From Podarcis cretensis (lineage: Eukaryota): 64,000 bases of DNA. The stretch spans positions 87,916,001 through 87,980,000 of the forward strand of contig OX638149.1 of the NCBI GenBank assembly GCA_951804945.1. The letters run 5' to 3'. Made by a program: the position numbers and the translations under genes. The notes under the pieces were generated by a model, which saw nothing but the letters and a program-made list of their open reading frames with translations, did no database searches and was not told the origin of the DNA. Shown here one piece after another: positions 61,732 to 64,000 of this stretch; positions within the stretch are counted from its first letter, which is position 1, and every line of letters begins with the position of its first letter.

Positions 61732-61868
61732 AGAGATGGAGGAGCTCTGGGTCTCCAGGAGGTATTGGAGTACAACTCCCACTAGCCCTGACTATTGGCT
61801 GTGCTGGCTGGGGCTGATGGGAGTTGGAGTCCAACAACATCTCGAGCACACTAGATTCCCCATACCTG
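61732..61868. mobile_element. Short palindromic hAT-like MITE family (further copies ~14970-15101, 25205-25342, 25550-25680, 39878-39975, 47278-47405, 55265-55389, 59520-59610)
   Basis: Recurrent core ...ggactacaactcccatcagccccagccagc...gatgggagttgtagtcc... with internal inverted symmetry. Confidence 0.7.
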
Positions 61869-63588
61869 CTGTGGACTCTGTAACTGGGAAAGGCTGACAC
61901 CAGCAGCTCCTGTAGTATATTAGAAGGGGCTGGTTCTGTCTAGCCCTTTTCAAGGACTCTTGATTCTCCCTGGTGCATGTATGTAGAAAAACTGGAGAAG
62001 AGGCTGGGGTCGAAAATCAACACCCACCCAAAGACTTCCCAGCTGGCCCCAAGCACAGCCATGGATCTTTGAAATACCCACCCCCATTTATGCCCTGTAG
62101 CCATTTTCTCCAGGGCTCTTTAATGATTCCCTGTCCCACAATGTGAACAGCAAGTCAGACTTTCACACAGCCCTTTCCCCATCATTAGGCACCTCAGCTG
62201 ATTATTCCTGTGAACGAATCAAGAAGGGGGGAAATGAGTGTAAGGGCCTAAAAGGTAGGTGCTGCCTAAGCTGGTCTTTCTGTTTTTGTTCACACATGCA
62301 GTTACTGTTATTTTTTCCTGCGTTGCTCCACTGGATCCAAGAACACCTCAGGGCCCATAATTTTATCACTGCTATGCAGTGTGCTGGCATAGATTGGATG
62401 TTCCCTGATCTCAGAAGGGGCAGCAGAATTGGGGCAATTCATGGTCCCCTTCATATAACAAGCACAAGGAAAACTTGGTAGCTTTTCTCCATTCTAGAAG
62501 GGAAGAGATACATGGGCAACCAGAGACCCGCATACAATAACAGAACATACAAAAAGCGTTGTGGATTGGTCGTAGATTTAGTGTCCCCCTCTGGTGGCAA
62601 GAATCAGAACTATGGAGCTTGGCTTGGCTCTTATCCAAAAACTTCCGTTTCCCAAATTAGATACACTCACACACACACTTTTCACTTTTAGAGTGCAAGA
62701 ATAACAGCCATTCACCTTCATAAGATGCCAGTTCCTGTGTCTGTGGGTGAGTCTGGGTGAGTTAGTTCTTCAAGGACAGGTAATTCTGTTGCACCTCTGC
62801 AAGATCAGGTGAACCTGATGCAGAGATGCAGCAAAGCTATTCAGTTCCAAAGCTGAGGTGACTGGAAGGAGGTGAGTCCAAAGAGAGAGGGAGAGGGGGG
62901 GAGAGAGAGCAGGAATGTTTCATGGTCCAATGTATGTATTTCTAACTAGATACCAGGAATTCTTCCATGGCATGCTAATGTGCCTTGACGCAATCCTTGG
63001 GGATTAGTCCTCTAAATGAATGGATGGAAAGATTGCTGGGCATGGGCATGTTCATGGGAGCAGAAGATAGGCAGACATATGCTCACCCCACTTCCCTTGG
63101 CAATGAAAAATTCATGGTTATTACTTATGTATTACATTTTAACCCTACCCTTCCTCTGAGCAGTTCAGGAGACCATACATGGCTCCCCACCCCTAGTTGG
63201 TCCTCACAACATCCCTGCGAGGTAGGTTAATATGTGAATGGCTGAAGGCCCATGGCTGAGTGAGGATTTGAACCCAGTCCTAGTCTGACATTCTAACCAC
63301 TACATGGCACACATGTGAGTGCTTCTGGATTTAGTTTCCTTTGGTTGAAAGGGCACTGGAGACTTAAGGAGCTTTGTAATGTTTGCTTCATTTGTAGAGT
63401 ATACCTACATAGGGGAAGACAAGCTCCCAAGTCTCATACGGAGAAGTAACAAAGCCTGATGTTCTACCCTTGCCTCTCTTCACACCCTCCCTCTGTCTCC
63501 TTTTTGTCCTTCAAACTCAGCCAATGGTTTTACTTCTCAGCTCGGTACATATTGTTGTAGGCCCCATCCCTGTAGGGTGAAAGATGCC

Positions 63589-63957
63589 TGTTATGTACTG
63601 AGTTGAATAGGATCCAAACTGCAGCAGTCTGATTGGTCCTAGAACAATAGGATCCAAATTGCAGCAGTCTGATTGGTCCTAGAACAATAGGATTCAGAAT
63701 GCAGCAGTCTGATTGGTCCTAGAACAATGCAGCAGTATGATTGGTTGGCAGGAACCACCCAATCATGCTCCAGATATAAGTGAATCCACAACCTGATTGG
63801 CTTACAGTAGAATTCCAGAATTAGCCAATCATGTGCAGCCCATTGTGTAAATAATGTATATAAAGCAGATACTTTGAGGGGACTTTCATTCATTCCTCCT
63901 CACCACTATGAGCTGAATAAAGAGCATGAAATCACTTGCGACTCTGAGTATATTTCA
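63589..63957 (+). mobile_element. Solo LTR (369 bp) with 5-bp TSD
   Basis: TG...CA termini with imperfect inverted ends (TGTTATGTACT / AGTATATTTCA). TSD ATGCC at 63584-63588 and 63958-63962. TATATAAA at 63857 and AATAAA at 63916. Internal 40-bp tandem repeats. Confidence 0.9.
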
Positions 63958-64000
63958 ATGCCCATTCAGGAAACATGCATCCACAGTAACTAAAGAATAT

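Noticed and set aside
63621-63745. CRISPR-like regular repeats
   Set aside because: They are contiguous tandem units without unique spacers, inside a eukaryotic LTR.

Overview
Vertebrate genomic DNA, most likely a squamate reptile (inferred from the repeat repertoire: CR1/RTE/L2 LINE ends, tRNA- and 5S-derived SINEs, many short hAT/Tc1/Harbinger MITEs). The + strand carries coding exons 2-4 of WNT10A (552-814, 15226-15602, 28355-28822; exon 1 lies upstream of the window), with two introns of about 13-14 kb and a 3' UTR ending near 29.7 kb. About 27 kb downstream, on the - strand, is an uninterrupted 529-codon ORF (57583-55994) for an AKAP4-like sperm fibrous-sheath PKA anchor. It lacks the introns known from mammalian AKAP4 and keeps both PKA-binding helices. 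It stops early, and a frameshifted remnant of the ancestral C-terminus follows it. A tandemly duplicated ~230-bp upstream unit with CRE-like and X-box-like motifs precedes it. This candidate truncated, possibly functional AKAP4 retrogene is the most interesting item. The rest is mobile elements, including a clean solo LTR with a CCAAT/SOX tandem array, plus microsatellites and a few candidate regulatory motifs.
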